Translations under genes and position numbers: made by a program
Shown here: piece by piece, positions 38,531 through 48,289 of the stretch
Layout: the number at the start of each line of letters is the position of its first letter
Numbering within the stretch: the stretch's first letter is position 1
Assembly (NCBI GenBank): GCA_016841065.1
Contig: JAENZW010000003.1
Span: 1-55,314 of the forward strand
Direction: 5' to 3'
Length of the DNA stretch: 55,314 nt
From: Actinomycetota bacterium
GTDB taxonomy: Bacteria; Actinomycetota; Coriobacteriia; Anaerosomatales; JAENZW01
The notes under the pieces: generated by a model
What the model was told of the DNA's origin: nothing
What the model saw: the letters and a program-made list of their open reading frames with translations, nothing else
Databases searched by the model: none

Positions 38531-39552
38531 GCGGCGCTCACCCCCTCCCCCTCCGGGTCGGGAGCCGCTTTCTTTCGGAATCTCTGCCGAAGACTGCGAA
38601 ACGCTCCACCTATGCCACCGGGCGCGAACAGCATCACGACGATGATGGTCAAGCCGTAGATGTCGAGCTCCCAATCCTGCAGAAACGTTGACGCTGCGTC
38701 GGGCATACCCGGCACGAAGGAGTCGACGTACTTCAGGATGGAGAGTCCGACCGCAGCAACGATGGGACCGGCAAGTGAGCTCGTCCCGCCGAGGACGGCC
38801 ATCGACAAGAGAATCACCGAGCGATGGAGTGTGAATATCTCCGGCGAGATGAATCGCGCGACGTGCGCGTAGAGAGAACCGGCGATGCCCGCGAGAGCTG
38901 CCGACACAACGAATACCTGGACCTTCACTCGCACGGTGTCGACGCCGCACGCCTGAGACCCGAGTTCTGAACCATGCAGCGCGCGCATCGCTCGCCCGGG
39001 ACGCAGCGCCACGACGTTGTAGGCGAGCAGTAGCGCAACCAAGACTATGCCCCAAACCAGCCAGTAGATGGACTCAGGGCTCTTGAACACGAACCCGCCG
39101 ATGGCAACCGACGGAATGCCCCGCAAGCCGTCAAAACCACCGGTCAACGGGGTCGCTTCCCTGAAGACGATATGCATGATCTCGCCGAAGCCAAGGGTCG
39201 CCATCGCGAGGTAGTGCCCGCGTAGTCTCAGGCTCGGCAGGGCGAGGAGCGCACCACCTGCAGCGGAGACGAGCGCTGCTGCTGCCACGCCGGCAAGCCA
39301 CGGCAACTCGAACCGCATAGTCACGAGAGCCGACGTGTAGGCCCCGATTCCGATGAATGCCGCGTGTCCGAGGGACACCTGTCCCCCGTAGCCGAACAGC
39401 AGAGCGAGTCCCAGAACAACCAGCGCGTTCGTCCCGACGTCCTTCGCGAGAATCTTCAGCATGAAACCGTTGTCGGTCAGGAACGGCACGCACATCACGG
39501 CGACGGAAGCCACGAGCCACCAGACGAACCGCTTGTAGCCGCTGGACCTCAC
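38527..39552 (-). CDS. livM: HAAT-family ABC permease (LivM-like)
   Basis: GQVSLGHAAF.GIGAY, LRLRGHYLAMATLGFGE, VLGG; multi-TM. Confidence 0.9.
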   Translation of the reverse strand: MRSSGYKRFVWWLVASVAVMCVPFLTDNGFMLKILAKDVGTNALVVLGLALLFGYGGQVSLGHAAFIGIGAYTSALVTMRFELPWLAGVAAAALVSAAGGALLALPSLRLRGHYLAMATLGFGEIMHIVFREATPLTGGFDGLRGIPSVAIGGFVFKSPESIYWLVWGIVLVALLLAYNVVALRPGRAMRALHGSELGSQACGVDTVRVKVQVFVVSAALAGIAGSLYAHVARFISPEIFTLHRSVILLSMAVLGGTSSLAGPIVAAVGLSILKYVDSFVPGMPDAASTFLQDWELDIYGLTIIVVMLFAPGGIGGAFRSLRQRFRKKAAPDPEGEGVSAA

Positions 39553-40433
39553 ACTTTCTCCCTCGAACGACCACCGAAGAGACCCTGTGGACGCACGAAC
39601 AGCACACCGAGAAGAACCACGAGCGCTATGCCGTCCTTGAAGGTTGACGAGATGAAGCCGCTGGCGATGTTCTCAAGCAGCCCGAGGGTCAATCCCCCCG
39701 CAACCGCCGCAACCGGATTGCCGAGTCCCCCAAGAATCGCGGCAGCGAAACCCTTAAGCCCTATGCTCGCGCCCGAGTAGAACACGGGAGGCACTGTCGG
39801 TGAGATGACGACGCCGGCAATCGCGCCGAGCGCCGCCGCGAGCGCGAACGAGGCCGTCACCACGCGGGCCGTGTCGATTCCGACGAGTCGAGCGCCGTCC
39901 CTATCGATCGAACACGCACGCATGGCTTTGCCGAATCGTGTTCGACGATACAGTAGCGTCAGCCCGACCACGGCAACCGCGGTTATGCCCCAGATCCACA
40001 GGGACTGCCTGACAATGGTCACTCCGGCGATTCCGATGGACGGACCCGGCGAGAAGCTCGGCAGTGTTGCCAGCTCTTCCCCTCCCACGGCATGCCGCGT
40101 CAGCGACTGGATCAGGATCGAGCCGCCCACGGTGATGATGATCAGCGCAAGTGGGTCGCCGTCCTTGCGCGGGCGAATCGCCAGAAGCTCAAAGAGGACG
40201 CCTACTGCCGTCGTCGCCAGAATGGCGAGCAGCGCTGCGAACACGAGCGGGATACCGAGGGAATCGAACGCGAGAACCCCGAGCATCCCGCCGAGCATGT
40301 AGAACTCACCTTGTGCGAAGTTGATCACGCCGGTCGATGCGTAGACGATGGTGAAGCCGAGCGCGAGCAGAGCGTACAGAGCCCCACTGCTCAGTCCCGC
40401 GACTATGAACTGCAGCAGATCTTTGCCGGTCAT
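39549..40433 (-). CDS. livH: HAAT-family ABC permease (LivH-like)
   Basis: YALLALGFTIV...INFAQGE, TRFGKAMRA, KGFAAAILGGLG, RPQGLFG. Confidence 0.9.
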   Translation of the reverse strand: MTGKDLLQFIVAGLSSGALYALLALGFTIVYASTGVINFAQGEFYMLGGMLGVLAFDSLGIPLVFAALLAILATTAVGVLFELLAIRPRKDGDPLALIIITVGGSILIQSLTRHAVGGEELATLPSFSPGPSIGIAGVTIVRQSLWIWGITAVAVVGLTLLYRRTRFGKAMRACSIDRDGARLVGIDTARVVTASFALAAALGAIAGVVISPTVPPVFYSGASIGLKGFAAAILGGLGNPVAAVAGGLTLGLLENIASGFISSTFKDGIALVVLLGVLFVRPQGLFGGRSREKV

Positions 40434-40460
40434 GTGCCTCGCGTCCCGATAGCCACGCCG

Positions 40461-41627
40461 CTATTCGGCCAGTTTCCACTCGCCGTTGACGATCTCGTAC
40501 ATCACGAGATCCTGCGCGGCAATACCGTTGTGATCTGTCTCAGAGAACGTGAACGTCCCTCCGACACCGACGAAACCGCTCGTCTTCTCGATCTCGTCGC
40601 GCAGGTCTGCTGGACTGAACTCCTCGGGAAGTCGCTTCATCGCCTCTACAATCAGATTGAATGCATCGTACGCGTGCCCGGCGAAGATGTCGGGAGACTG
40701 ACCGTAGCTCTCTTCGTAGCGGGAGACGAAGTCCGTCGCGATTCCGAACGCGTCCGTGCCTTCGCCGTATGCAGACGGAACGAGAATCTTGCCGGCGGCG
40801 AAACGCACTCCGTCGGCAGACGCTCCCGCACCCTCGATGAACTCCTTCCGAGCGATGCCAGGGCCACCGTATACCGGGATATCCATCCCAAGCTGGTCGA
40901 GGCTCTTCACAACAGTCGAAGCTTCGCGTCCTGCTGTCCACATCAACAGAACCTCCGCGCCAGACGACCTGATCTTGGTCAGCTGGGTCGTCATGTCGGT
41001 ATCGCCCGGGTTGAAGACCTCATCGGCAACGATGGCCACGCCAGCCGCAGGTGCGGAGTTGAGAATCACTCCCCTGCCGTCCTTACCATAGCCACCGCCG
41101 TCGGTCATGAGTCCGACCTTCTCGAAACCTGCATCTCTGATGCTCTTGAGGACATACGGCACGACGAGCGTATTCGACCACGGGGTCTGGAAGACGAGCG
41201 GGTCGAACTCCTGCGTGATGACTGTGCCACCGGCCATCGATACCTGAGGGACGTCGTACTCCTGGGCGACCGTACGCATCGCCATCGACTGGCCCGTGCC
41301 ACTGGCACCGATCAAAGAGAGTACTTCGTCCTCCAGAACGAGCTGCTCGGCCGCACCCTGGGCCTGCGCCTCATCGGTGGCATCATCCAGGAAGATGACC
41401 TCGATATCGCGCCCGTTCACTCCACCGTCGGCGTTGACTCGGGCAACCTCCATCTCGATGGCCTTCTTCTCGGGATCGCCGAGGCCTGCGTACGTGCCGG
41501 AGAGCGACACGACCGCACCAATCTTGTAGGCGTCCTTCTGCGAATCACCAGTTGCCGAGCAGCCGCCAACAGTCGCGGCAAGCACAGATGCGGCCACAAA
41601 TGCGGCCACCCCCACTCGCACTCTCAT
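40461..41627 (-). CDS. LivJ/K-family substrate-binding lipoprotein (copy 2)
   Basis: Lipobox VGGC, KIGAVVSLSG, VNADGGVNGR, AYDA; paralogous to 41732-42928. Confidence 0.9.
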   Translation of the reverse strand: MRVRVGVAAFVAASVLAATVGGCSATGDSQKDAYKIGAVVSLSGTYAGLGDPEKKAIEMEVARVNADGGVNGRDIEVIFLDDATDEAQAQGAAEQLVLEDEVLSLIGASGTGQSMAMRTVAQEYDVPQVSMAGGTVITQEFDPLVFQTPWSNTLVVPYVLKSIRDAGFEKVGLMTDGGGYGKDGRGVILNSAPAAGVAIVADEVFNPGDTDMTTQLTKIRSSGAEVLLMWTAGREASTVVKSLDQLGMDIPVYGGPGIARKEFIEGAGASADGVRFAAGKILVPSAYGEGTDAFGIATDFVSRYEESYGQSPDIFAGHAYDAFNLIVEAMKRLPEEFSPADLRDEIEKTSGFVGVGGTFTFSETDHNGIAAQDLVMYEIVNGEWKLAE

Positions 41628-41686
41628 ACTTGTCCCTTCCCGTCTATGACTGTTCGGTCAAACGAGTCTCTCATCCGCAGAGAACT

Positions 41687-41717
41687 CGGAAGGGGCGTGC
41701 GTCGCACGCCCCTTCCG
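41687..41717. terminator. Perfect 14-bp intergenic hairpin (terminator or mRNA stabiliser)
   Basis: CGGAAGGGGCGTGC-gtc-GCACGCCCCTTCCG, 14 nt downstream of the first binding-protein gene. Confidence 0.7.
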
Positions 41718-41731
41718 TCAACATCTTCAAG

Positions 41732-42928
41732 CTACTGCATGACCGTCCAGGTGCCGTTCTCGACCTTGTAGAGCACGAGGTCGCTCGAGGACATCCCGTT
41801 GTGGTCAGTGGTTGAGAAGGTGAACGTACCGCCGATGCCGACGAAACCGCTCGTCTTCTCGATCTCGGCACGAAGGTCCTCCGACGTGAAGTCTTCAGGA
41901 AGGCGCTTCATGGCCTCGACGACTAGATACAGCGCGTCGTACGCGTGACCAGCGAACGTGCTGGGTGCGGCGTCGTACTTCTCCGTGTAGCGGTCGATGA
42001 AGCTCGTCGCGACTTCATAGCCCGGCGTGCCTTCACCGTAGGATGCAGGAACCAGGACCTTGCCTGCAGGGAAGATGAATCCTTCGGCAGCAGCGCCCGC
42101 ACCATCGATGAGCTCCTGGCGCGCGTTGCCGTGGCTGCCATAGATCGGCATACCAAGATCCAGCGCGGCAGCGTTGTTGAGCACAATGGCGGCTTCCTTG
42201 CCGGCCGACCATACGACCAGCGCGTCAGCGCCGCTGCCCTTGATCTTGGTCAGCTGCGTTGTCATGTCCGTGTCGCCAGGATTGAAGACCTCGCTGGCCA
42301 CAACCTCGACACCATAGTCGGCGACCATCGATTCCATGACCGCCACGCCATCCTTGGCGAAGCCGCCAGTATCGCTGATAAGCGCGATCTTGGTCTGGCC
42401 CTGTGCATTCAGATAGTCGAGAAGGTAAGGAACGACCAGCGTGTTCGACCAGGGGGTCTGGAACACGAGCGGATCGAACTCCGACGTGATAACGGTGCCC
42501 CCCGCCATGGAGATCTGCGGCACGCCCGCGTCCTGCGCTGCGGTCCGCATGGCCATGGACTGACCTGTGCCGCTTGCGCCGATGAGTGCCAGAACCTTGT
42601 CCTGCTGGACGAGCTTCTCGGCTGCTGACTGTGCCTGTGCCTCGTCAGTCGCGTCATCCTCGAAGACGACCTCGATATCCCGGTCGTGCACGCCGCCGTC
42701 GGCGTTAATGCGCTCGACCTCCATCTCGATTGCCTTCTTCTCAGCGTCGCCCAGACCCGAGTACGTGCCTGTCAGCGAAACCACAACACCGATCTTGTAA
42801 GGATCCCCACCCTTGTCGCCGCCGTCACTGCTGCTCCCACTGTCCGACGTGCATCCCACGATCGGAACAGCGAGAAGCGCAACGACGAGAGCTCCAGCGA
42901 GCAGCGCCTTTCGGCTTATTGCTCCCAT
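41732..42928 (-). CDS. LivJ/K-family substrate-binding lipoprotein (copy 1)
   Basis: Lipobox IVGC, KIGVVVSLTG, INADGGV; start ATG 42928 after AGGAGG. Confidence 0.9.
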   Translation of the reverse strand: MGAISRKALLAGALVVALLAVPIVGCTSDSGSSSDGGDKGGDPYKIGVVVSLTGTYSGLGDAEKKAIEMEVERINADGGVHDRDIEVVFEDDATDEAQAQSAAEKLVQQDKVLALIGASGTGQSMAMRTAAQDAGVPQISMAGGTVITSEFDPLVFQTPWSNTLVVPYLLDYLNAQGQTKIALISDTGGFAKDGVAVMESMVADYGVEVVASEVFNPGDTDMTTQLTKIKGSGADALVVWSAGKEAAIVLNNAAALDLGMPIYGSHGNARQELIDGAGAAAEGFIFPAGKVLVPASYGEGTPGYEVATSFIDRYTEKYDAAPSTFAGHAYDALYLVVEAMKRLPEDFTSEDLRAEIEKTSGFVGIGGTFTFSTTDHNGMSSSDLVLYKVENGTWTVMQ

Positions 42929-43007
42929 GCTCCCTACCTCCTGAGTCTCCGGGCCGACTTCCTCGGCCACAATACCTGCCATCGACCTTGCGGCCGATCG
43001 TCCCCTG

Positions 43008-43424
43008 TCATATGGCGGTGATGTCCTCCTGCGAAACCAGCGTGATCGGCTGATCGCTCAGGAGTCTCACCGCCCGGTCGACGTCCGCGACGTTGATGAC
43101 CACGTACGTGGATACGAGCGAGTACACGTACTCCATATTCACACCCGCGTCGGATACGACGCTCAGGGCACGCGCAAGCGCACCGGGAGTATCCTCCAAC
43201 TTGACGCAGATGACCTCGCTCTCCTTGATTGTGAACCCTGCCGTCCTGAGGATGGCGAGCCCTTCCTCGGGATGGTCCACCACAAGGCGCAGGATCCCGT
43301 ATTCGGCCGTGTCCGACACAGAGAAGCCCCTGATGTTGACTCCGGCCTTGCCGAGGGTCTCTGTGACCTCACTCACCCGACCAGCTTTGTTCTCGATGAA
43401 TACCGATAGCTGACGCACCTTCAT
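43008..43424 (-). CDS. Tandem ACT-domain protein
   Basis: QLSVFIENKAGR...GVNIRG...YGILRL...PGAL...VNMEYVY, typical of ior/paaK clusters. Confidence 0.88.
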   Translation of the reverse strand: MKVRQLSVFIENKAGRVSEVTETLGKAGVNIRGFSVSDTAEYGILRLVVDHPEEGLAILRTAGFTIKESEVICVKLEDTPGALARALSVVSDAGVNMEYVYSLVSTYVVINVADVDRAVRLLSDQPITLVSQEDITAI

Positions 43425-44014
43425 CCGTAGCACTCCCCCTCGACGCACGCCGCACGCCCAAGTTCGAAAGCACGCAGGTTCACGTCAACGGTCTTCGGCG
43501 GAACCCGGCTGCTGATTATCTCTCGCCATGCCTCTTCGGTGAAGTCGAGGCCTGTGGACAGAGCCCCGAGGAGAACGACGTTCGCAGACTTGGGGCTGCC
43601 AGCCTCACACGCAAGCGCTTCAGCGTCCACGAAGATCGCTCCTTCGGAGTCGAGTCGCGCCTCAAGTTCCTCCGGCATCTCCGCCACACCGATGAGCACT
43701 GGAAGCGGTTGAATGACCCGCGAGTTAACGAGGAGACGTCCTCCGGGCCGCAAGTACTGGAGTCTTCTTGCCGCCTCGATGGTCTCGAATGCGACCAGGT
43801 GGTCGGCACGGCCAGGATCGGTCAGCGGCGAGTAGACCTTCTCGCCGAACCTCACGACCGTGTCGACGGCACCTCCCCGCTGTGCCATCCCGTGGACCTC
43901 GGAGAGCTTCACGTCCAGACCTTGGGCGACTGCGACCTTGGCGAGTACATCGGCAGCCAGAATCGTCCCCTGGCCACCAACACCGGCGAGCATGACGGTA
44001 ACGACATCCATCAT
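43421..44014 (-). CDS. iorB: Indolepyruvate:ferredoxin oxidoreductase beta subunit
   Basis: GVGGQGTILA, EVHGMAQRGG, NVVLLGA, NLRAFELG. Confidence 0.93.
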   Translation of the reverse strand: MMDVVTVMLAGVGGQGTILAADVLAKVAVAQGLDVKLSEVHGMAQRGGAVDTVVRFGEKVYSPLTDPGRADHLVAFETIEAARRLQYLRPGGRLLVNSRVIQPLPVLIGVAEMPEELEARLDSEGAIFVDAEALACEAGSPKSANVVLLGALSTGLDFTEEAWREIISSRVPPKTVDVNLRAFELGRAACVEGECYG

Positions 44015-45762
44015 GCACCCCCGATGTCGCATGCGAGACCGGTCGTTTCTATCGCATCGAAGCGGCAAACCTGAACACAATCGGCACAGCCGACGCACAG
44101 CGTTACGTCGATGCTCGCCTTCCCACTGTCTTCGAGACCTATCGCGGGGCACCCGATCTTCGAACACGCTCCACAGGCCGTGCACGCCTCATCGTCGACC
44201 GAGTAGGCATCGTTTCGCTCCTTCAGGAGCAATGCGCAGGGACTCTGGGCAACGACAACGCTCAACGCATCGGCCGCAATCTCCTCGCGAATCGCCGCCT
44301 CGGTAGCCGCAAGGTCATGGGGATCGACGACCCGCACACGCGTCACGCCGAGCGCCTCACAGAGCTTCTCGACGTCGATCTCGACCGTCTGCTCACCCAT
44401 GAGAGTCCGGCCCATCATCGGGTTGCCTTGATGACCAGTCATTGCCGTTATCCGATTGTCGAGCACGAGCACGGTGCCCGTTCCGGCGTTGTATGCAATG
44501 TGCGCAAGGCCCGTGATCCCGCTGTGCGCGAAGGTCGAGTCGCCGATGACGGCCACGATGGGCCGGCCTTCCGCCCCGCCCGCGAGATGCATGCCGTGAG
44601 TCATCCCAATGCTGGCGCCCATGCATACGCAGCTGTCCATGGCGCTCAGTGGAGGCATTGCGCCCAGGGTGTAGCATCCTATGTCGCCGGTCACGACTGC
44701 CCTGATCTTCCTGAGCGCGTGGAAGACGCCCCTGTGTGGGCAGCCGGGACACATCAGCGGCGGTCGGGGCGGCAGACCGGAGATGGCCTCTCGAAGGAGT
44801 GGAGTATCCAAGCCGAAGGCCTGCGCAACAAGCCCCGGCGTGAGTTCGCCCTCGGTCGGAATGGCAATGCCCTCTACCTCGAGTCCGATGGACCTCAGCC
44901 TCGTCTTGAGGTAGGGGTCAGCCTCCTCGACGACCACCAGACGGTCGACGCTCTCCGCGAACCGGGCGAGCTTGCTCGCGGGTAGCGGGAACGACATCCC
45001 GACCTTGAATACCGATGCCGAAGGCAGAACCTCCCGAACGTAGTTGTATGAAACACCTGAGGTGACGACCCCGAGCGACGTGTCTCCGCCCTCGATTCGA
45101 TTGAGCGTCGTCTCTTCGGCGAACTCCGCGAGAGCGCGCATCCGCTTGTCCAACTCCGAGCGGCGCTTGCGTGCGTTCGAGGGCAGCATCAGCCACTTCG
45201 CAGGATCGCTGACGTAAGGAATCACGTCGCGCCCGACACGCTCGCCGCTGGAGACGAGCCCCTTCGAGTGCGAGATTCGCGTCGTCGAGCGCACGATGAC
45301 CGGTACGTCGAACCGCTCCGATATGTCGAAGGCCGCCTTCGTCATCTCTCGCGCTTCCGAGCTGTCCGAAGGCTCGAGAACCGGCACGTGCGCAAACGGT
45401 CCCCAGTTGCGGGAGTCCTGTTCGTTCTGCGAGGAGTGCATCCCCGGATCGTCGGCAGCAAGTATCACAATGCCACCGCCTACCCCGGTGTAGGCCAGTG
45501 TGAACAGCGGGTCGGCAGCCACATTGACCCCGACATGCTTCATCGTCACGAGGACGCGAGCGCCCCCCATGCTCACGCCGGCGGCAACCTCGAGGGCAAC
45601 CTTCTCGTTGGGAGCCCATTCGGCACGAATGCCGGGCAGCTTCGCGAACGCCTCAAGGGTCTCGGTCGACGGCGTGCCGGGATAGCCCACGCCAACGACG
45701 GCACCAGCTTCCCATGCGCCGTGCGCGACAGCCTCGTTGCCTGACATAAGCGTGTCAGACAC
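44011..45762 (-). CDS. iorA: Indolepyruvate:ferredoxin oxidoreductase alpha subunit
   Basis: GNEAVAHG, GYPGTPSTE, KHVG.NVAAD, SSQNEQD, CPGCPH, GDIGC, GDSTF.HSG, C-terminal 2x[4Fe-4S]; GTG 45762 after GAGGAGG. Confidence 0.95.
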   Translation of the reverse strand: MSDTLMSGNEAVAHGAWEAGAVVGVGYPGTPSTETLEAFAKLPGIRAEWAPNEKVALEVAAGVSMGGARVLVTMKHVGVNVAADPLFTLAYTGVGGGIVILAADDPGMHSSQNEQDSRNWGPFAHVPVLEPSDSSEAREMTKAAFDISERFDVPVIVRSTTRISHSKGLVSSGERVGRDVIPYVSDPAKWLMLPSNARKRRSELDKRMRALAEFAEETTLNRIEGGDTSLGVVTSGVSYNYVREVLPSASVFKVGMSFPLPASKLARFAESVDRLVVVEEADPYLKTRLRSIGLEVEGIAIPTEGELTPGLVAQAFGLDTPLLREAISGLPPRPPLMCPGCPHRGVFHALRKIRAVVTGDIGCYTLGAMPPLSAMDSCVCMGASIGMTHGMHLAGGAEGRPIVAVIGDSTFAHSGITGLAHIAYNAGTGTVLVLDNRITAMTGHQGNPMMGRTLMGEQTVEIDVEKLCEALGVTRVRVVDPHDLAATEAAIREEIAADALSVVVAQSPCALLLKERNDAYSVDDEACTACGACSKIGCPAIGLEDSGKASIDVTLCVGCADCVQVCRFDAIETTGLACDIGGA

Positions 45763-45918
45763 CCGTTCCCTCCTCGTCTGCAAGTCCGCGTCCCACGAGG
45801 ACGTATTGCGCGGAATTGGGCGAATGATACCACAGGAAGAGGGCCAAATCGGGGCTCCCGACCGGTCAGCGGTATCCATGACGGCGCATACGGTCTGGGC
45901 GCACAACCGAAGTCGATT

Positions 45919-47076
45919 CTAGAACCTGGACGCTCCCACGTAGTCTCCGCTGGAGTCGATCCTGCCGAACAGGGAATCGACGCGGACGTTCTGTCCCGTC
46001 TGCGGGGCGTGCAGATAGTCCCCGTTGCCCACATAGATTCCGACGTGATGCACCTGACCGGGGTCACCGCCGTAGCCGAAGAACACCAGATCGCCGGGGA
46101 CGAGGAGGTCCGTCCGATCCGAGGGCACATGTGAGCCGGAATTGTACTGCGACCTGCTCGTTCGAGGGAGGGAGATGCCGATTCTGGCGTATACGTACTG
46201 CGTGAGACCGGAACAGTCGAATCCGTCCGGCGAAGCCCCTCCCCATACGTACGGCACGCCGATGTACTCGAGACCGATATCAACAGCTTCCGGATGTCCG
46301 GATCCAAGACTCCCGCCGTCGTAGCTCCGTTCCGGCCCTCCGGAGCCGCCCGCTTCGACCTTCTTGCGAGCAGCCTCAGCAGCCTTGCGTGCCTCCTCTG
46401 CAGCCCGCGCAGCGCGCTCGGCGGCCAGGCGCTCCTGTCGTGCCTGCTCCTCGCGGACCAGCTTCGCGACCTGCGCGTTCAGCCCGTCAAGATAGGCTGC
46501 CTGGTCGGAAACCGCCGCCTCCATCTCGCGCTTGGCTGCCTTGGCCTGATCGCGAAGGATGACCTGCTCCTCCTTGCGCCGCTCTAGCGCCTCTTTCGAG
46601 ACTCTGACCTGCTCACGAGCCCCCTTCACGTCCGCAACGAGGTCCGCGTCGCTACGGTTGACCCGCCTGAGCCAATCGATGCGGGTGAGGAAGTCGCCAA
46701 AGGACGTCGTGCCGAGGAGGACGGCAAGCATGTCCACTCCCCCACCCCGGTAGATTCCTGCAGCACGGTCGCCGAGTCTGCTCTGCGCGTCTTCGAGCTC
46801 CCTGTCGGCACGTGCGAGATCATCCTGGGCCCGGGCGATGGCCTCGTATGTCTTGTCGAGATCCTCGAGCGTCGCTGCGTAGTCTTCGGTCCGAAGCTCC
46901 AGTTGCACCGCCAGCTCATCCAGCTGCGCTTGGGCGACGCTCGCTTCGTCCTTCTTCGCCTCGATTGCAGGCGTCGTAGGAGTAGCTGCCAGCTCAAGTG
47001 GGAACGTGAGTAGCACTGATATCGCGACGAGCGTCGCAACGATTTGCCGAGCACGTGTGCTCACGAAGAGCCTCAC
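45919..47076 (-). CDS. Secreted coiled-coil NlpC/P60 peptidoglycan endopeptidase (CwlO/RipC-like)
   Basis: Signal peptide, PcsB/CwlO-type coiled coil, GVPYVWGG..PDGFDCSGL, LPRTS, PGDLVFF, HVGIYVG; GTG 47076 after AGGAGG. Confidence 0.92.
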   Translation of the reverse strand: MRLFVSTRARQIVATLVAISVLLTFPLELAATPTTPAIEAKKDEASVAQAQLDELAVQLELRTEDYAATLEDLDKTYEAIARAQDDLARADRELEDAQSRLGDRAAGIYRGGGVDMLAVLLGTTSFGDFLTRIDWLRRVNRSDADLVADVKGAREQVRVSKEALERRKEEQVILRDQAKAAKREMEAAVSDQAAYLDGLNAQVAKLVREEQARQERLAAERAARAAEEARKAAEAARKKVEAGGSGGPERSYDGGSLGSGHPEAVDIGLEYIGVPYVWGGASPDGFDCSGLTQYVYARIGISLPRTSRSQYNSGSHVPSDRTDLLVPGDLVFFGYGGDPGQVHHVGIYVGNGDYLHAPQTGQNVRVDSLFGRIDSSGDYVGASRF

Positions 47077-47230
47077 GATTCCTCCTGCTACGTCGTCTAC
47101 TGCGGTTGAGGGCATCCGAAGCGACTTGCGCCGCCTCCCGGCTGGTCCTCATGATATCATATCGAACCGACATCTTCCCTGCTTGAGACCCTTGTGCCGA
47201 CCGGTATGACCATGAAAGGCCGCCGAAGGG

Positions 47231-48274
47231 ATGCAGCGCAAGATTCTCACCGCAATAGTCGTGGCAGTTCTGGCCACTTGCCTGACTGCACCCGCCATTG
47301 CGCAGCCCTCTACCGAGTCGACGGCCGCCATCACTGTCGATGACGCGGCGCAGCAGGCAATTGCCCTTGAGACGCAGATCGAAGATCTTCAGGCCGAGCA
47401 AATCGCCATTGAAGAGCGAATCTCCGTCACCAACATCCGCATCTTCCGCCAGCAAGAGGTCTTGACTGCGAGCCGGCAACGACTCGAGGATGCCCAGGCA
47501 GCGTACGAGGAACGCCTCGTACGCCTCTACAAGTCCGGAAGCACTGACCCGATCACCATCCTGCTCGGCGCAGAGTCGTTCTCCGACTTCTACACCCGAC
47601 TCTTCATGCTCACCAGAATCGCAAGACATGACCGCGAGGCGTATCTCGATGCCACGGTGGCCAAAGCCGCCGCGGAGTACGAGGCTGCACTACTCGACGA
47701 CCTGAAGGTACAGGATGTCGAGCTTCGCCAGATCAAGGAACAGCGCCTCACGGAACTCGAGCGCGCGTTTCAGGAACAGAAGCTCATCGTCGCCCGCCTC
47801 TCCAAGCAAGAGCGCGACCTGCTCGCACAACAACGCGCACAAAACGCCCTCACTCGCCGACAGTGGGAAGACAGCTCGATACCTCCGGATCAGGTCGTCC
47901 CTCTGCTCCCGGCCATCGTCGAACCGTACACGGACGTGACCTTTCTCGTCGCCGACTATCAGCCGAAGAAGTACCGTACCACCGGCAAGGAGATGAACGC
48001 CGTCTGCTCCTGGTACGGCAATGAGTTCCATGGGCGACGCACCGCGTCCGGACAGATCTTCAACCAGAACGATCTTACTTGCGCGTCTCGCACGCTGTCC
48101 TTCGGAACGCGGCTCGCCCTCACTCGAGGCGACAGGAGGATAGTCGTGGTAGTGAACGATCGCGGCCCCTTCATCTCGGGCCGCGATCTTGATCTCTCTC
48201 GTGAAGCCGCACGTCAGCTGGGCTTCTCTGGTGTTGAGACGGTCCGGGCGGAGTACGTCGAGACCGTCGATTAG
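47231..48274 (+). CDS. Secreted coiled-coil + RlpA-like (DPBB) lytic transglycosylase
   Basis: Signal peptide, coiled coil, C-terminal SWYG..FHGRRTASG, VNDRGPF, DLDLSREAA; no SPOR domain. Confidence 0.88.
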   Translation: MQRKILTAIVVAVLATCLTAPAIAQPSTESTAAITVDDAAQQAIALETQIEDLQAEQIAIEERISVTNIRIFRQQEVLTASRQRLEDAQAAYEERLVRLYKSGSTDPITILLGAESFSDFYTRLFMLTRIARHDREAYLDATVAKAAAEYEAALLDDLKVQDVELRQIKEQRLTELERAFQEQKLIVARLSKQERDLLAQQRAQNALTRRQWEDSSIPPDQVVPLLPAIVEPYTDVTFLVADYQPKKYRTTGKEMNAVCSWYGNEFHGRRTASGQIFNQNDLTCASRTLSFGTRLALTRGDRRIVVVVNDRGPFISGRDLDLSREAARQLGFSGVETVRAEYVETVD

Positions 48275-48289
48275 GCGGGGCAGAACACG

